From positions 2,484,434-2,548,433 of the forward strand of contig LSRY02000003.1 of assembly GCA_001643675.2 (NCBI GenBank): 64,000 nucleotides of DNA, in the 5' to 3' direction. Origin of the DNA: Monocercomonoides exilis PA203. Lineage: Eukaryota > Protista > Preaxostyla. The notes beneath the pieces are model-generated. The model was given only the letters and a program-made list of their open reading frames with translations. It was not told the DNA's origin and did not search any database. Of this stretch, positions 39,211 through 50,740 are shown piece by piece. A program made the translations under genes and the position numbers. Within the stretch, counting starts at the first letter, position 1; every line of letters begins with the position of its first letter.

Positions 39211-40052
39211 ATGTACGACAACATTTGGCAACATGAAGGTAATGATTATGTTGGTGGCGCTTTAGTTCTTGGACATTCGATCAAAAGACATCTTAAAGTT
39301 TCTTGCGACATTATATGCTTAGTAACTTCTGATGTTATAAACGATGCTAGACTAACTTTAACCAAGATATTTGGTATTTGCGTGTTTTCGTGTTAATTCA
39401 GAAATAATTATTTTATTCTTGATAGATTTTGTAATTGAAATTGAAAAGATTGAATGGTCATGCAGCATTGATAAATGGAAGAGATTTAAAGACAGCCACA
39501 AATGGATTTATTCTTGCTTTACGAAATTAAACGCATTTCAACTTTCTAGCAATCAAAGAATTCTTCTTCTTGACGCTGATATTATGGCGGTTGGTTCAGT
39601 TGATGAACTTTTCACAAATACTTTTATTTGCTGTTTATTGCGTTCAGATTTATGAACTTCTTGATTTTTTCATTTCTATATAAAAACATTATCTATTATT
39701 TTCTTTTTATTTGAATCTTCCTTTAGGAACTGTTACCGGTGATGAATGCAGCTATTTAGAATTAGGCGCTGTAGTAAATAAAACGCGTGTTGTCGATTCA
39801 CTTCGAATGTGCCATGGAATTAGTGGTTGTAGCTTGCTTTTCGAGCCTAATGTTAAGGATCTTGAAGGAATGCTGATTGAACTTACACAAAACAAACATT
39901 ACGGTAATGAAAGATTCAATGCAGGACCCTACGAGCAACTTGTTGCACAGTATTTTCTTAAGAAAAACAAATGCTGGCATTATTTGCCATCAAAATATTC
40001 CATTCCTGGCCGGAAGTCGAAGCTTGTGGAGGGACTTGCAAAGTTGATATAA
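39211..40052 (+). pseudogene. Glycosyltransferase family 8 (glycogenin/P13-like) gene, intron-containing, probably degraded
   Basis: GNDYVGGALVLGHSI..DIICLVTSDV, WIYSCFTKLNAFQL..RILLLDAD (DxD motif)..VDELF, FNAGPYEQL. The first intron (~39373-39425) joins in frame (IF-D-FVIEIE); the join after exon 2 is not clean. Confidence 0.6.
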
Positions 40053-40883
40053 AATGAAAAAACAATAGAAGAGCCAAAGGGAAGTAATCATAAGGGAGCA
40101 AAAAGAAGGGAGAGAGGTTCTGAAGATAACGAAGAATTTATTGGTTTTGGGAAAAGAGGAAAATGGAAAAGTGCAAAAAGAAAAGAAAGAGAAGAAAAAA
40201 CGACTCAATTGATGCAACATGCTGAGTTAAAAGGAGAAGACAAGGCAAAAATGGAAAGGAGAAGGCAAAGATTCGGAGGCTTAACAACAAATAACAGCAG
40301 TTAGCCAAGTTAAAATCCAGACCAGTTGCGACAGAAGAGCTGATTGAGCTGGTATACAAAATGGAGAGAAACATGATGTTATTGCTTGTACCAATGATGG
40401 TGTAGTTTGTGGTTATGCTGGTTGCATTGTGCGATGCACTGTATGCGCTGTCTTGCAATGTGAAGTGAATTAAGCGGAATGTGGATTTGAGGAAAGATGT
40501 TTGTGTGGAAGGATGCAGATCCGAAAAGGAGAAGTGGAGAAGAACTGGAAAGAATGGCAGGAGAGTGGGAGAAGAGAAGAAGAAGGAAAAAGTCGAAAAG
40601 GCAAAACAAAGCGCAGATGATAATTTTTATGTTGGCCATTAGATTGTATTACGCCTGCTCAAATATGGAAAAAGAATTTTTGATTTTATACAAAAGTCGA
40701 AACTAATTTTTCGAGTTCTAGAAGAAATTCACTTTTGTCCCTTCATTGAATCTTTCTAATGCATCTTTATCTTAACTATCTTTTTATCAGGAACAATGAC
40801 TGATGAATCATTCGTTCAAATCTGCGTTTGATCACGGAATGCGAAAAAAGACTGAAAATCATCCAATGAAAAATAAGAAGCTA

Positions 40884-43664
40884 CAATGAGTAAAAAACCC
40901 GGGACATGGTAAAAAACCCGGACTTTAAAAAAAAAGAACTTTTTTCTTTCATTAAAACATTTGATTGTTCAAACAAAAAATGCTCTAATATAACATTGTA
41001 AGTTGGAAAGTTAATGCTTTTCAAATTGTTTCAATGAATTTCTTCCCTTTAACTGTTGTTCATCAGATAAGATGATTATTCGACATTTCTTATTTGTTGT
41101 TGAAAATTAAAGATGAAATAAAGCTAATTTAAAGTGAAATGAAATTATCAAACCGTATTTTTCACTGTTTTCGGTTGGTTTATTTGATTTGACTTTCAAA
41201 CAATTTTTTAATCATTTTGCTCATTGTGATCATTCCCTTTTTTGAAATGGAAAAGAAATCAATTTCTTCGGAAGAGCTTCTTCGGATAGCTGCTACAAGA
41301 GAATATCGGACAATTCATTCCAGATCTCGAAAAATTTTTGAAATCAAGAAAACATATCCATTGACAGTGAACGTCGCAGTCAAAGCGAAAGCAATAACAA
41401 GGCAGGCTTGGTACAGAGGCAAAACAGCTGAAAAGGAAAACAGAGATGTTGGAAAAGAAGGAAGACCATCTCTTATTAATTCTGAAAAACTGGAAAAAAT
41501 TGAGAATCAGGTTTTGTCTTTATTATCAGAAGGAGTTTTAGTTCGAATGAAGCACATACAGGAAATGGTTTTCGTTTTTTTTATATGTTAATTTATTTAT
41601 CTTTGTTTTTTTTAGGCAATTAACATTTTAAATACGGAATCAACAAATGAAGAAGAAAACGAGAAACTCCATCCGAAATTATCTTATTATTTAGTTCAAA
41701 GAAGCTCCATATTAAAGGCAACCCTGGCAAGACCGCTTGAAATTGCAAAAATTCGGTCACAGAGCCCTGAAAATGTGATTAACTGGTTTGAAGAAGTGAA
41801 AGAAATCGTAGAAGGAAACAAGATCGAAGTTTCAAATATTTTTAATTTCGATGAATCTTCTGTACAAATTAAAGAAAGTTCTGCAAAGTTGGTCATCTGT
41901 TTGAAGGACCAAATCCCTCCTTCTCCTCCTGAGCCTCGAAAATCTTCAAACGCGACTTTATGTTTTTGCGAATGCTCAGACGGTTCTCATCTTCCTCATT
42001 TTTTGCTTTTTCCAAAGAAGAAAATACAGGAAGAATTTTCTAATTTAAAATTTTTCGATATCAACTATATTCCTGCACCTTCAGGATGGATTACCACTGA
42101 AATCTGTAAAATCATCATGCTTCAAAATTGGATTCCTCTCATTCATCAAAAAATCCAATCGACATCTTCGAAAAAGGCTCTCCTTCTTCTTGATAACCAT
42201 ACCACCCATTCATGCTCAGATGTCATTCGTGAAGCAGAAAAAAGCGGAATCTTCATCAAAAAGTTCCGTCCTAACATGACACATATCCTACAACCATGCG
42301 ATAACGTAATTTTCGCCAGATTGAAAAGAACGATAAACAATAATTACAAAGTCCCTTCGGATGATTCATCTTCTTCTTGCAGAAAGGCACTTGCTGAGGT
42401 TTTGCCAGACGCAATCTCCGCAGCAACCGATCCTTCAGTAGTTAAAACTGCTTTTCTGAATACAGGAATCTGGCCACTAGCAGCTTCTCAAGTTCTATCA
42501 AAAATAAGTGGATCACCGTCAAAATCTTCTTCCATAACTTCTTCAGATGAAGCAAAAAAGGAACTATTTGATTCTTTCACACCAAAACGGAAAATCAAAT
42601 CATCAAGAAAGTGTAAAATGGATATCAAAATCGATGAAAAACACAGCATTGATGGATGCACACAAACAGAAGATAATTTATTCTATGACGAAGATCACCG
42701 TACCAATTCTGATAGAAGCAATTTTACCAAAAGAATCATCAGAACAAGAAAGAAAAAAATTGACAGCGACTTTTTATATGAAGATGACGAAGATTACGAA
42801 AAAGATGAATGGAAAAGTGAGCATAAGGAAAGCGCATAAGATACAACTCAATTTGAAAGCAAAAAATACAAAATACAGCATGATGATAACTAATAGATGG
42901 AAATATTAATAAGTTTGTTTAGTAATTCTTTTTGTTGAAAATCAAATCCAATTTATTGCCAAACTTTTAAATATTTGACTTTAAATTTATTGTTTGTCTT
43001 GTATTGAATTTTTTTTGTGATAATTTCTTCAATTCTTCATTTCCAGTTAACTGAATTTAGAAAAGACAAAGGATGAAATTCACGGAGCATTGGATTGGAA
43101 GAAACTTAAGTTGCGTCGATAGAAACTTTCATTTTTTTAAAATAATATCACATCAACAATTTTGACAATTTAAGAAATACCATTTCACATTAACATCTTT
43201 GAATTCGTTGAAAAAATACAAAAATTGGGGTTAAATATGGACTTTCAAGCTTTTTATGCACAAAGCTTGAAAAAATTGTTTCACTCATAACATTTTTAAA
43301 CTTTATCAGATTTAAAAATAAATTTGATTTTCATTCCCGTTAAAAGGCATCATTGAAATCAAAACATAAAGCTCTCCAATATTTCACGAATGTCAAAAAA
43401 ATGACCCATTTTTTTTGTGCTTTTTGATATAAAAAAGTTAATCGAAAATGCATAATTTTTCAATGAAAATGCCTGAAGTGAAATATTTTGCCCCAATTGT
43501 ATTAAAAAACAATTCTCAATTCAAAAAATCTCCAAATGTTCAATAATTACTGAATAAAACATAAAACATATCGGCCAATTGATCATATTTGAATGAAACA
43601 AAATGCAGTTGCAACATTCAAAAAGTCCGGGTTTTTTACCATGTCCCGGGTTTTTTACTCATTG
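40884..43664 (+). mobile_element. Complete Tc1/mariner-superfamily (pogo/Fot1-type) DNA transposon, 2781 bp
   Basis: Perfect 43-bp TIRs CAATGAGTAAAAAACCCGGGACATGGTAAAAAACCCGGACTTT at 40884-40926 and 43622-43664. TA target duplication at 40882-40883 and 43665-43666. Internal transposase. Confidence 0.95.
41247..42839 (+). CDS. pogo-type DDE_1 transposase (DD35D), 2 exons 41247-41567 + 41616-42839, 514 aa
   Basis: GT-AG intron 41568-41615 joins the two ORFs in frame. Catalytic motifs IFNFDES, LLLLDNHTTH and HILQPCD, with 35 residues between D2 and D3. Confidence 0.88.
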
Positions 43665-44848
43665 TATCAACCCATGTGACAAATTCAAAAATATGGATTT
43701 TTCCATTAATTACTGCATTTGATATTGAATGAAGAGAAACTTTAACGATAATGAACAAACTTATTTAAAGTTTAAATTTTCGATTTTATTTGAAACAAGA
43801 TGAAGAATGAAATTTTGAAATATGTTTTCGATAAGTTAATTTTGAAACATTCGATTTAGTCTTTAATTATCTCATTTAAAGTTACCATGAACTTCAAAAA
43901 CTCAAGAAATGGATTGTCAAGTTCATTCTAATCAAATAAAAAAAATCAAAAGCAACAAATTAAATAAGCATTGAGAAAAATATTAGGTTGAATTTCGAAA
44001 TTTTGCTCCTTCTAACACTTCTTTTAATTACGTTCATTTAATTTGAATTAGAAAAAATTTTTATTTCAATGTTCATTCAAGAAGTTGAATTTGAATCACT
44101 GTGTTGTTACCTGTCGTTTCTGAATACTAAAACCGTTCAAAAAATCTTCGTTGAATTATAAAATTTCTCCGTCAGATGAAACATTTTTTCAATAAGTATT
44201 TTTCATGAAGTGACTGTGGTCAAATGTTTATCAAAGGCTTTTGAAAAACATCAGTGAGTAATAAAAATGAAGTGAAAAATAAAAAAAAACAAAATAATAA
44301 AAAAGCTTTATTTATGAAGCATAAACATAAAAGGAAGTTATTTGAATATGAAAAAAAATTGATAGAAATTTGTTTTGAAAGTGTAAATCACAGCTGAAAG
44401 GAAAATAAAAATGAATTCATGAAAAAAGTCACTCAAAAATTAATTACAAGAAATTTGTCTTTGAAATTTATTGAAAATGTATTTTAAAATAAATCTTAGA
44501 ATCACATTTTCTTCGAAATCAAACATTCATCATAATTGAAAAATGCACATGCGAATTTTTTCCAAACAGATTCTGGATCGAATCTTAAACGCAGCGGATG
44601 CTTTCTTAATCGTTAGAATTGTCTTCAGATAAAAAATAGGCTCACAAAATTACTTGAATTAGTAGAACAAGAAGCATCTTTTCTGATTGCGAATGGATTT
44701 TGAATCTAATCATGATCAGTTATTTGCAAAGCACAAGCATAGTGTTCCTTTCAACCAATTTCTTTCCAGATTGGTTGTTCTCATCATAATCTCATCTATT
44801 TTTGAAAGTGAATTAAAAATCTTTCAAGTCGGGTTATTCTTTCAAATC

Positions 44849-47800
44849 TCACAATTTTACAAAAGCATTATCATTTGAACTTCTCTTTTTTGCAAATACT
44901 TGTCCAATTACAACAAATATTACAATGAAACCAACAGCAGCAACAAATACAATCCACCATGGAAACATAGTTGATGTGGATTTTGTTTGACTAACTTTTT
45001 CATTGCTATTCGAAATAACATCCGACAACAAAACAGGATCTGTTTTAACCACTTGAGTCTTTCTTCGATGCGAATCATTAATTTCGTCCTCCTTCAATTT
45101 CAATACAGCCTGTATAAAAATCTGGCCTTTTAATGAGTTTAAAGTGAATTTAAGTTGAGATTTTGATGCTTCCACAACAAATTCCTCTTGGCTCACAAAG
45201 GTACAAGTTATAAACGGCAAAGATATAATTTCTTTCTCCGAAGAAGAACTTGAGTTGTTTAAAATAAAAACTTCATAAGATACGAGGCACGGAAGAAGAT
45301 TATTTCCAATAAAATGAATCATCATTTTGTCTCCCTTTTCGCTTTTTGTAATCTCAGAAATATGAGGTCTGCAAAATTGATAGGCTTTTTGTGGAAATTC
45401 TCGTAATACTGTGTCTGCTGTTTCAACATCTTCCATCTGACTCCAATTCATCATCCCACTAACTGTGCATCCTCTGTTTTGCATCCAGAGTTCCAGATAC
45501 TCTCCTTCCAGAAGATTATCAAGATTTTGATTCCCGGATTCGTCGGAAAATGAAGCAATTGATAGTGAACTATTTTCACATAAAATGTTTCTTCGAACAG
45601 AATTGTACTGTGACGAGTTTGGTGTGTTGTTGAAAAAAGTCACACTCTTCAGATTAATTTCTCCATCTCTAACAGACAAGGCACCAACCGAAGAATTTGC
45701 AAAAGTTGTTGATTCAATTGAAGAGCTACAATTCCTGAGATATAAAAGCGATCCTTCAAATTGGCAACAAAATTTTCGTTCATTTTGTTTTTCTCCGTTA
45801 AAAACAATGCTCCGCAAATTGCTCATTCCAGAAATTGTGCAATTAGACATTTTCACAGTGCTGTTTGATACATTGACTAGAACACCATGAGCAGCAAAAT
45901 TATTATTGACGCAAAGCATTGAATCTGAAATTGATACATTAACGAACTCCATCCTAATAAGCGAAGCATTCCCAATTTTGGAAAAATTTCTTAAAAAGAA
46001 ACTTGAAATTGAAATATTTGGTTTGATTGAAGGCATTGAAGATGTTCTATTGATTATCAAAGATGAATTAAACGTTACATTCTCAAAGAAAACATTGTCA
46101 ACTTGAAATGCATTGAATTCTCTTCCAAAAGCAAAAACCGAGATGAATTGAAATTTTGAATCAAAGCAATTGAACGTGCAGACTTTAAATGTGCCACCTT
46201 GGATATAAAAAATGCAATTATTGCTTGCTGAAGATGACGGTTCATTTCCAGATTTAAGAATAGAACTTAAAATAGCATTAGAATTTGCGGTTGCAAATCC
46301 GCATGCCCCACTAAAAAAAGTTTTATGAAATGTGACATTCTCAAGCATGGTTTCACCGGCTTTTACAGTTGCAAAAGTGAAGCTGACAGATTGAGATAAT
46401 GATGAGACTGTAACATTCTCCAACAAAAATTTGTGATACACTTCAAAAACAGCATTGTATCCCTTTATTCTTGAAGGAAGAACAAATTGAATATCGCTAA
46501 ATTCAGTATCAACGTTTAATTTTATTAAGCTTCCATTTGCAGTTTCATTCCTAGCAGCAATGTTTATTAATACTAGATTTCCATTAAATCCTTCAATTTT
46601 CACACGACTCCTTTCAAATAACGCAGTGTCTGTCAGGCTAGATTGATTACAGATACTGATAACAGGAGTATTGCCTCGCTTCATAAGAGCATATTCAATT
46701 GTTTTGCATGCAAACTTCAATAACCCGCAATGAGGATAATCTGTCCCTTTTCCTCTGCTTCCATCAACAACGACTGCGGATTCAGTTTCACACAAATACA
46801 CAAACAATGGGAATATATTTTCTTCATTTCCATTTTCAGTTCCGCACAATCTCCTCGGATCCAAAGGAATGGTTGAAGTGTCAAAGAATTCAAATGAATC
46901 CCTGTTAACCTTTGTTTCAAGCAATATTCCAGTTCCGCATTTAACAAAAGCATCTTTTCCAAATATAGCTTCGTTTTGATTTTCCTCTGAAAATCTCACT
47001 TGAGATCCAATAACCAATTTACTTGATTCGCCTTCTAAATATACCATCATCCCTCCTCCTCTTCCTCCAAAAATTGCTCTACCTTCCGAAACACATCCTT
47101 CAAATCTTGCTGTTCCATTAACAATCGCTATTCCACTTTCTTGCACATCAACATACACTCCTCCTCCCTTTCCACCAGCACAACTGCACCCATTCGCATT
47201 GCATCCATCAACAGTCAACGCTCCACTCGTTCCAACTGTTCCTTTCATCCATCCTCCATCTCCACTATTCTTCACAACTCCACTGATATTGCATCCTGAA
47301 CAAATCACACTCGCCATTCCTTCACAAAATTCAATCGCTGAATGAGCTCCAAACACAAGTGCTCCACAAATCACAAATCGTTCCATGTTCAGACTCCCGC
47401 TCTGCGCATTCACAATGCTATATCCAAAGGCCACACTCGATGTGCTCTCTGATATATGAGCAACTGAGCAGTCTGTGAGTGTGAGTGATGAGCTTGTCAA
47501 AACAATGAGCGATGTTGCACTCGATAATGAAAATGGAATTTGGAACGCAATGTTCTTGATTGAGCTTGCACTCTGAATATTCATCAAACACGAAGATTTC
47601 ATTCCACCTGGAACTCTCACATTCACATTCGTCTTGTTTGTTGTGCAATACACCTCCCATTCATATGACCCTGCCATCGGCACAACTTCTCCCAGCTCAA
47701 ACCCTGGATCCAACACAATGTTCTTCTTTGACGAACTGAATCTGTTCTGTGCTGCATGTGTGATCGTTTTGCATGGAAAATACCCAAACCCACAAAACCA

Positions 47801-50740
47801 CGAGTCATATCCTCCATACCCATTCACCTTATTCCCCACATGTGCTGCTCCTGAAAATGCATCCAAAAACACATTCAATGGGAATATTCCCATCCCTCCC
47901 TCATTCCGGTCATATCCCATCAGCTCATCATAAACAGAAACATTTCGCGAGAAATTCAGCTTTGTGGTTGTTATTGTCCCACTCACCAACATGCTCCCAT
48001 TCACAAACACATCTTTCCCTCCCAATGTTGCACTGCAACCAACAAAACTCACTGATGTTATTGCAAAATCAAATGAGCCATCTGCCAGATACAGCATCAC
48101 CCCACCTCCATATCCGCTGCACTTTGTTTTGTTGAATTTTGTTGCTCCTCCGCTGTGCGATGTTGATGTCCCAATTCTAACTTGGCTTGTCGAAGAAGCC
48201 AACTCAACCTTTATCCCTCCGCCATTTCCATTCACACACTCACACCATTTCATCGTTGTATTCCACACCACAAATGTCTCTCCTCCCTTTACACTCTTTG
48301 TCATCACAACTCCATCTCCTCCTGTCCGATTCACATTTTGAATTGTCAAATTCGCAAAAACACTTTCTCCAGAAGAAGATCCAGCTGATGATGGTTCGGC
48401 AAATAGCGATTGACTCATTTTTATATTTTTGATCTCCACATCAATCGTCTTCAATTGCTTCAGTGCCACTTCAAACACAGATGATGAGATTGTACATCCT
48501 CCTGATTTCGATGAGTCGATCACCACATCCTCCAGCGAAAGAGTCCCACTCCCAAGTGACACCACAAACACACTCGGCGATGGGCTTCTTGTCGCGTTGT
48601 GATCGATCCCCACATGCCCCACCTCCAGTTGGCCAGAAGATATACTAAAAAGTGTCGTCGATGAAGAAGAAAGTGAATTTGTTCCAATCACACTCGACTC
48701 CTTCCCTTTTCCAACAATCGAAATCTTCTTTTCCCCAACACTGACAGTTGCCCCTTCGCTCTCATGCCTTCCGACAAGCACTGAAATTCCGAAACTATTT
48801 AAATTATAACATTTATTCATGCAATACCCAATCGTTTTGCAAGGCATTGTCTCATTCATTCCACACAATTCATTCGAATCATTTCCATTCTCCCCAACAA
48901 ATAACAATTTTCCATCCTTCAACCACCCCTTCTTTTCTGTATGCTGATTACCATTATAATAATAGCACACTCTCTTATCATTAGTATTTGTTGTGTAAGA
49001 TTCGTAGAACGGATTGTTCGATGAAAAAAGATTGTATCGATCTTCAAAATACACATCATGCCCATATGGAGTGGAATTACTGCAACTGCAATCGTGGAAG
49101 AAGAAGAAATAGCAATATTGATTGTTGCTTGGAGGTGTTGATTGATATGGCCTGAAATCCAATCCTCCGCCCGTTGATGTTGCGTTGCACGAAATGAACT
49201 GGAGGCTCCTCATTTTGAATGCAGCCGGAACATATGAGCAATACATCCCTCCACCATTATGATTTGTGAGCGTACACGAAGTGAATGAGCACTCAAACAC
49301 AAAAGCGCTTTCCCCTTTCCCATTTTCTGTTCCAATACATGAAGATCCAGAAACCTGAAAAGAATTAAGATAAAGTCCTCCTCCATCATAATTTGCTTTG
49401 CATTTCTGGAACTCGCACCCACTGACCCTAACACATGACGAAATTGATTCAGCATACATTCCTCCTCCAAAACGTTTTTGGATTGTACAGGCGTTGAATG
49501 AATTGTTTTCAATTTTGATAGAATTGATAGAAGCACACAAAATTCCTCCACCACACCAATGCGCATAGCAGTCGTTGAAAGAACAAAATTTCACTGAAAG
49601 TGTTCCCGATCCCAGATTATACATGAAAATCGCCCCTCCATTTGAATCTCCAAAAGAATAACCAGAGTTTGTTCCAGTGGTTTTTGAGCCATTCCACACG
49701 CACCAGGTGAATGAATTCGCCCCATTTTCTGTAATCTGCTGTCTCGCTGGTTTCGATGGATTCCCCTCACTCCCGCTGATTGCAGCATTCTGTGATCGAT
49801 AGCACCTGACAAATGAGGTGTTCGAGGCATCCAGGGAAGATGAAGGGCTGTTCAGTGAGGGGACAATTCCCCCATCATACACATCCCACACCGATGAAAA
49901 TTCACATCCTCTCATCAGAAACATTCTTTCGCTCAGCTCTTCAGCCAGATGTGATATTTTTTGTGGATTTGTGGAGACGTTGAAGAAGGTCAACTGGGTG
50001 AGAGATACAAGGTGTGTCAAGGGAGGCGCTAGAAACGGGGCTGAAGACACACAAAAAGAAGAGAAATGGGAAGAACAAACAAAAATGTAGCATTTTTCTG
50101 AAATCTCTCCTTCCACTGCTTTTGAAGAGAAAAGTGGAGCAAATATCTGTTCAGTTGAAGTTGAATACGATCTGAGTGAAATATTGGTAAACAATACACA
50201 GCTCCCACAAAAATCAAAGGGAGGTGCCTCTCTCTCAACTTCAACAACACAGCCACTCAACTCAACAAAACTTCCATCCGATGCCCTGAGCACACTCTCC
50301 CCACCTCTTTCCATCAATATCAATGAATTCAGTTTTATTGATGAATTGACCCCAACAACACTTCCCTCAACCACACTCCCACCACACACACCCTCTTTTC
50401 CCCACATTTTCCATTCATCACAAAAACTCCATTTTTCACCTATCCCAATCTCTCCACTTCTCTCATTCCATTGTTTTGAGCATTTCTTCATCATTCTCTC
50501 TTCTTTCGAGGTTTCTCCCGTCCCACCTTCTTTTCCTTCACTACATGCATCAAATAAATCTCCTTCCACATATTCGCAATTTTGAATGTTCTTTAAACAT
50601 ATATCTTCGAGATAATCCAATTCTCCTTCTTTTGCTGATTTCTCGGCAAGTCCTGCTCCATTACTTGTAGCACCATTGCACATGCACCCCACACAAATTA
50701 TCCATGCACAATAAAATATTCCTGATAGCAACATAATCAT
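44849..50740 (-). CDS. 1963-aa type I membrane surface protein with Pmp-like / pectin-lyase-like parallel beta-helix repeats
   Basis: Single long ORF with a hydrophobic N-terminal signal and many GGG(I/M/V) plus FxxC repeats. Three G.D...CG....(P/A)CKTI motifs. C-terminal TM (FPWWIVFVAAVGFIVIFVVIG) followed by KKR and a short tail. Confidence 0.85.
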   Translation of the reverse strand: MIMLLSGIFYCAWIICVGCMCNGATSNGAGLAEKSAKEGELDYLEDICLKNIQNCEYVEGDLFDACSEGKEGGTGETSKEERMMKKCSKQWNERSGEIGIGEKWSFCDEWKMWGKEGVCGGSVVEGSVVGVNSSIKLNSLILMERGGESVLRASDGSFVELSGCVVEVEREAPPFDFCGSCVLFTNISLRSYSTSTEQIFAPLFSSKAVEGEISEKCYIFVCSSHFSSFCVSSAPFLAPPLTHLVSLTQLTFFNVSTNPQKISHLAEELSERMFLMRGCEFSSVWDVYDGGIVPSLNSPSSSLDASNTSFVRCYRSQNAAISGSEGNPSKPARQQITENGANSFTWCVWNGSKTTGTNSGYSFGDSNGGAIFMYNLGSGTLSVKFCSFNDCYAHWCGGGILCASINSIKIENNSFNACTIQKRFGGGMYAESISSCVRVSGCEFQKCKANYDGGGLYLNSFQVSGSSCIGTENGKGESAFVFECSFTSCTLTNHNGGGMYCSYVPAAFKMRSLQFISCNATSTGGGLDFRPYQSTPPSNNQYCYFFFFHDCSCSNSTPYGHDVYFEDRYNLFSSNNPFYESYTTNTNDKRVCYYYNGNQHTEKKGWLKDGKLLFVGENGNDSNELCGMNETMPCKTIGYCMNKCYNLNSFGISVLVGRHESEGATVSVGEKKISIVGKGKESSVIGTNSLSSSSTTLFSISSGQLEVGHVGIDHNATRSPSPSVFVVSLGSGTLSLEDVVIDSSKSGGCTISSSVFEVALKQLKTIDVEIKNIKMSQSLFAEPSSAGSSSGESVFANLTIQNVNRTGGDGVVMTKSVKGGETFVVWNTTMKWCECVNGNGGGIKVELASSTSQVRIGTSTSHSGGATKFNKTKCSGYGGGVMLYLADGSFDFAITSVSFVGCSATLGGKDVFVNGSMLVSGTITTTKLNFSRNVSVYDELMGYDRNEGGMGIFPLNVFLDAFSGAAHVGNKVNGYGGYDSWFCGFGYFPCKTITHAAQNRFSSSKKNIVLDPGFELGEVVPMAGSYEWEVYCTTNKTNVNVRVPGGMKSSCLMNIQSASSIKNIAFQIPFSLSSATSLIVLTSSSLTLTDCSVAHISESTSSVAFGYSIVNAQSGSLNMERFVICGALVFGAHSAIEFCEGMASVICSGCNISGVVKNSGDGGWMKGTVGTSGALTVDGCNANGCSCAGGKGGGVYVDVQESGIAIVNGTARFEGCVSEGRAIFGGRGGGMMVYLEGESSKLVIGSQVRFSEENQNEAIFGKDAFVKCGTGILLETKVNRDSFEFFDTSTIPLDPRRLCGTENGNEENIFPLFVYLCETESAVVVDGSRGKGTDYPHCGLLKFACKTIEYALMKRGNTPVISICNQSSLTDTALFERSRVKIEGFNGNLVLINIAARNETANGSLIKLNVDTEFSDIQFVLPSRIKGYNAVFEVYHKFLLENVTVSSLSQSVSFTFATVKAGETMLENVTFHKTFFSGACGFATANSNAILSSILKSGNEPSSSASNNCIFYIQGGTFKVCTFNCFDSKFQFISVFAFGREFNAFQVDNVFFENVTFNSSLIINRTSSMPSIKPNISISSFFLRNFSKIGNASLIRMEFVNVSISDSMLCVNNNFAAHGVLVNVSNSTVKMSNCTISGMSNLRSIVFNGEKQNERKFCCQFEGSLLYLRNCSSSIESTTFANSSVGALSVRDGEINLKSVTFFNNTPNSSQYNSVRRNILCENSSLSIASFSDESGNQNLDNLLEGEYLELWMQNRGCTVSGMMNWSQMEDVETADTVLREFPQKAYQFCRPHISEITKSEKGDKMMIHFIGNNLLPCLVSYEVFILNNSSSSSEKEIISLPFITCTFVSQEEFVVEASKSQLKFTLNSLKGQIFIQAVLKLKEDEINDSHRRKTQVVKTDPVLLSDVISNSNEKVSQTKSTSTMFPWWIVFVAAVGFIVIFVVIGQVFAKKRSSNDNAFVKL

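Noticed and set aside
29422-50740. Genome-wide TAA/TAG=Gln genetic code
   Set aside because: The 1163-aa and 1963-aa ORFs have many Gln but no in-frame TAA/TAG, and the transposase and YR genes end in TAA.
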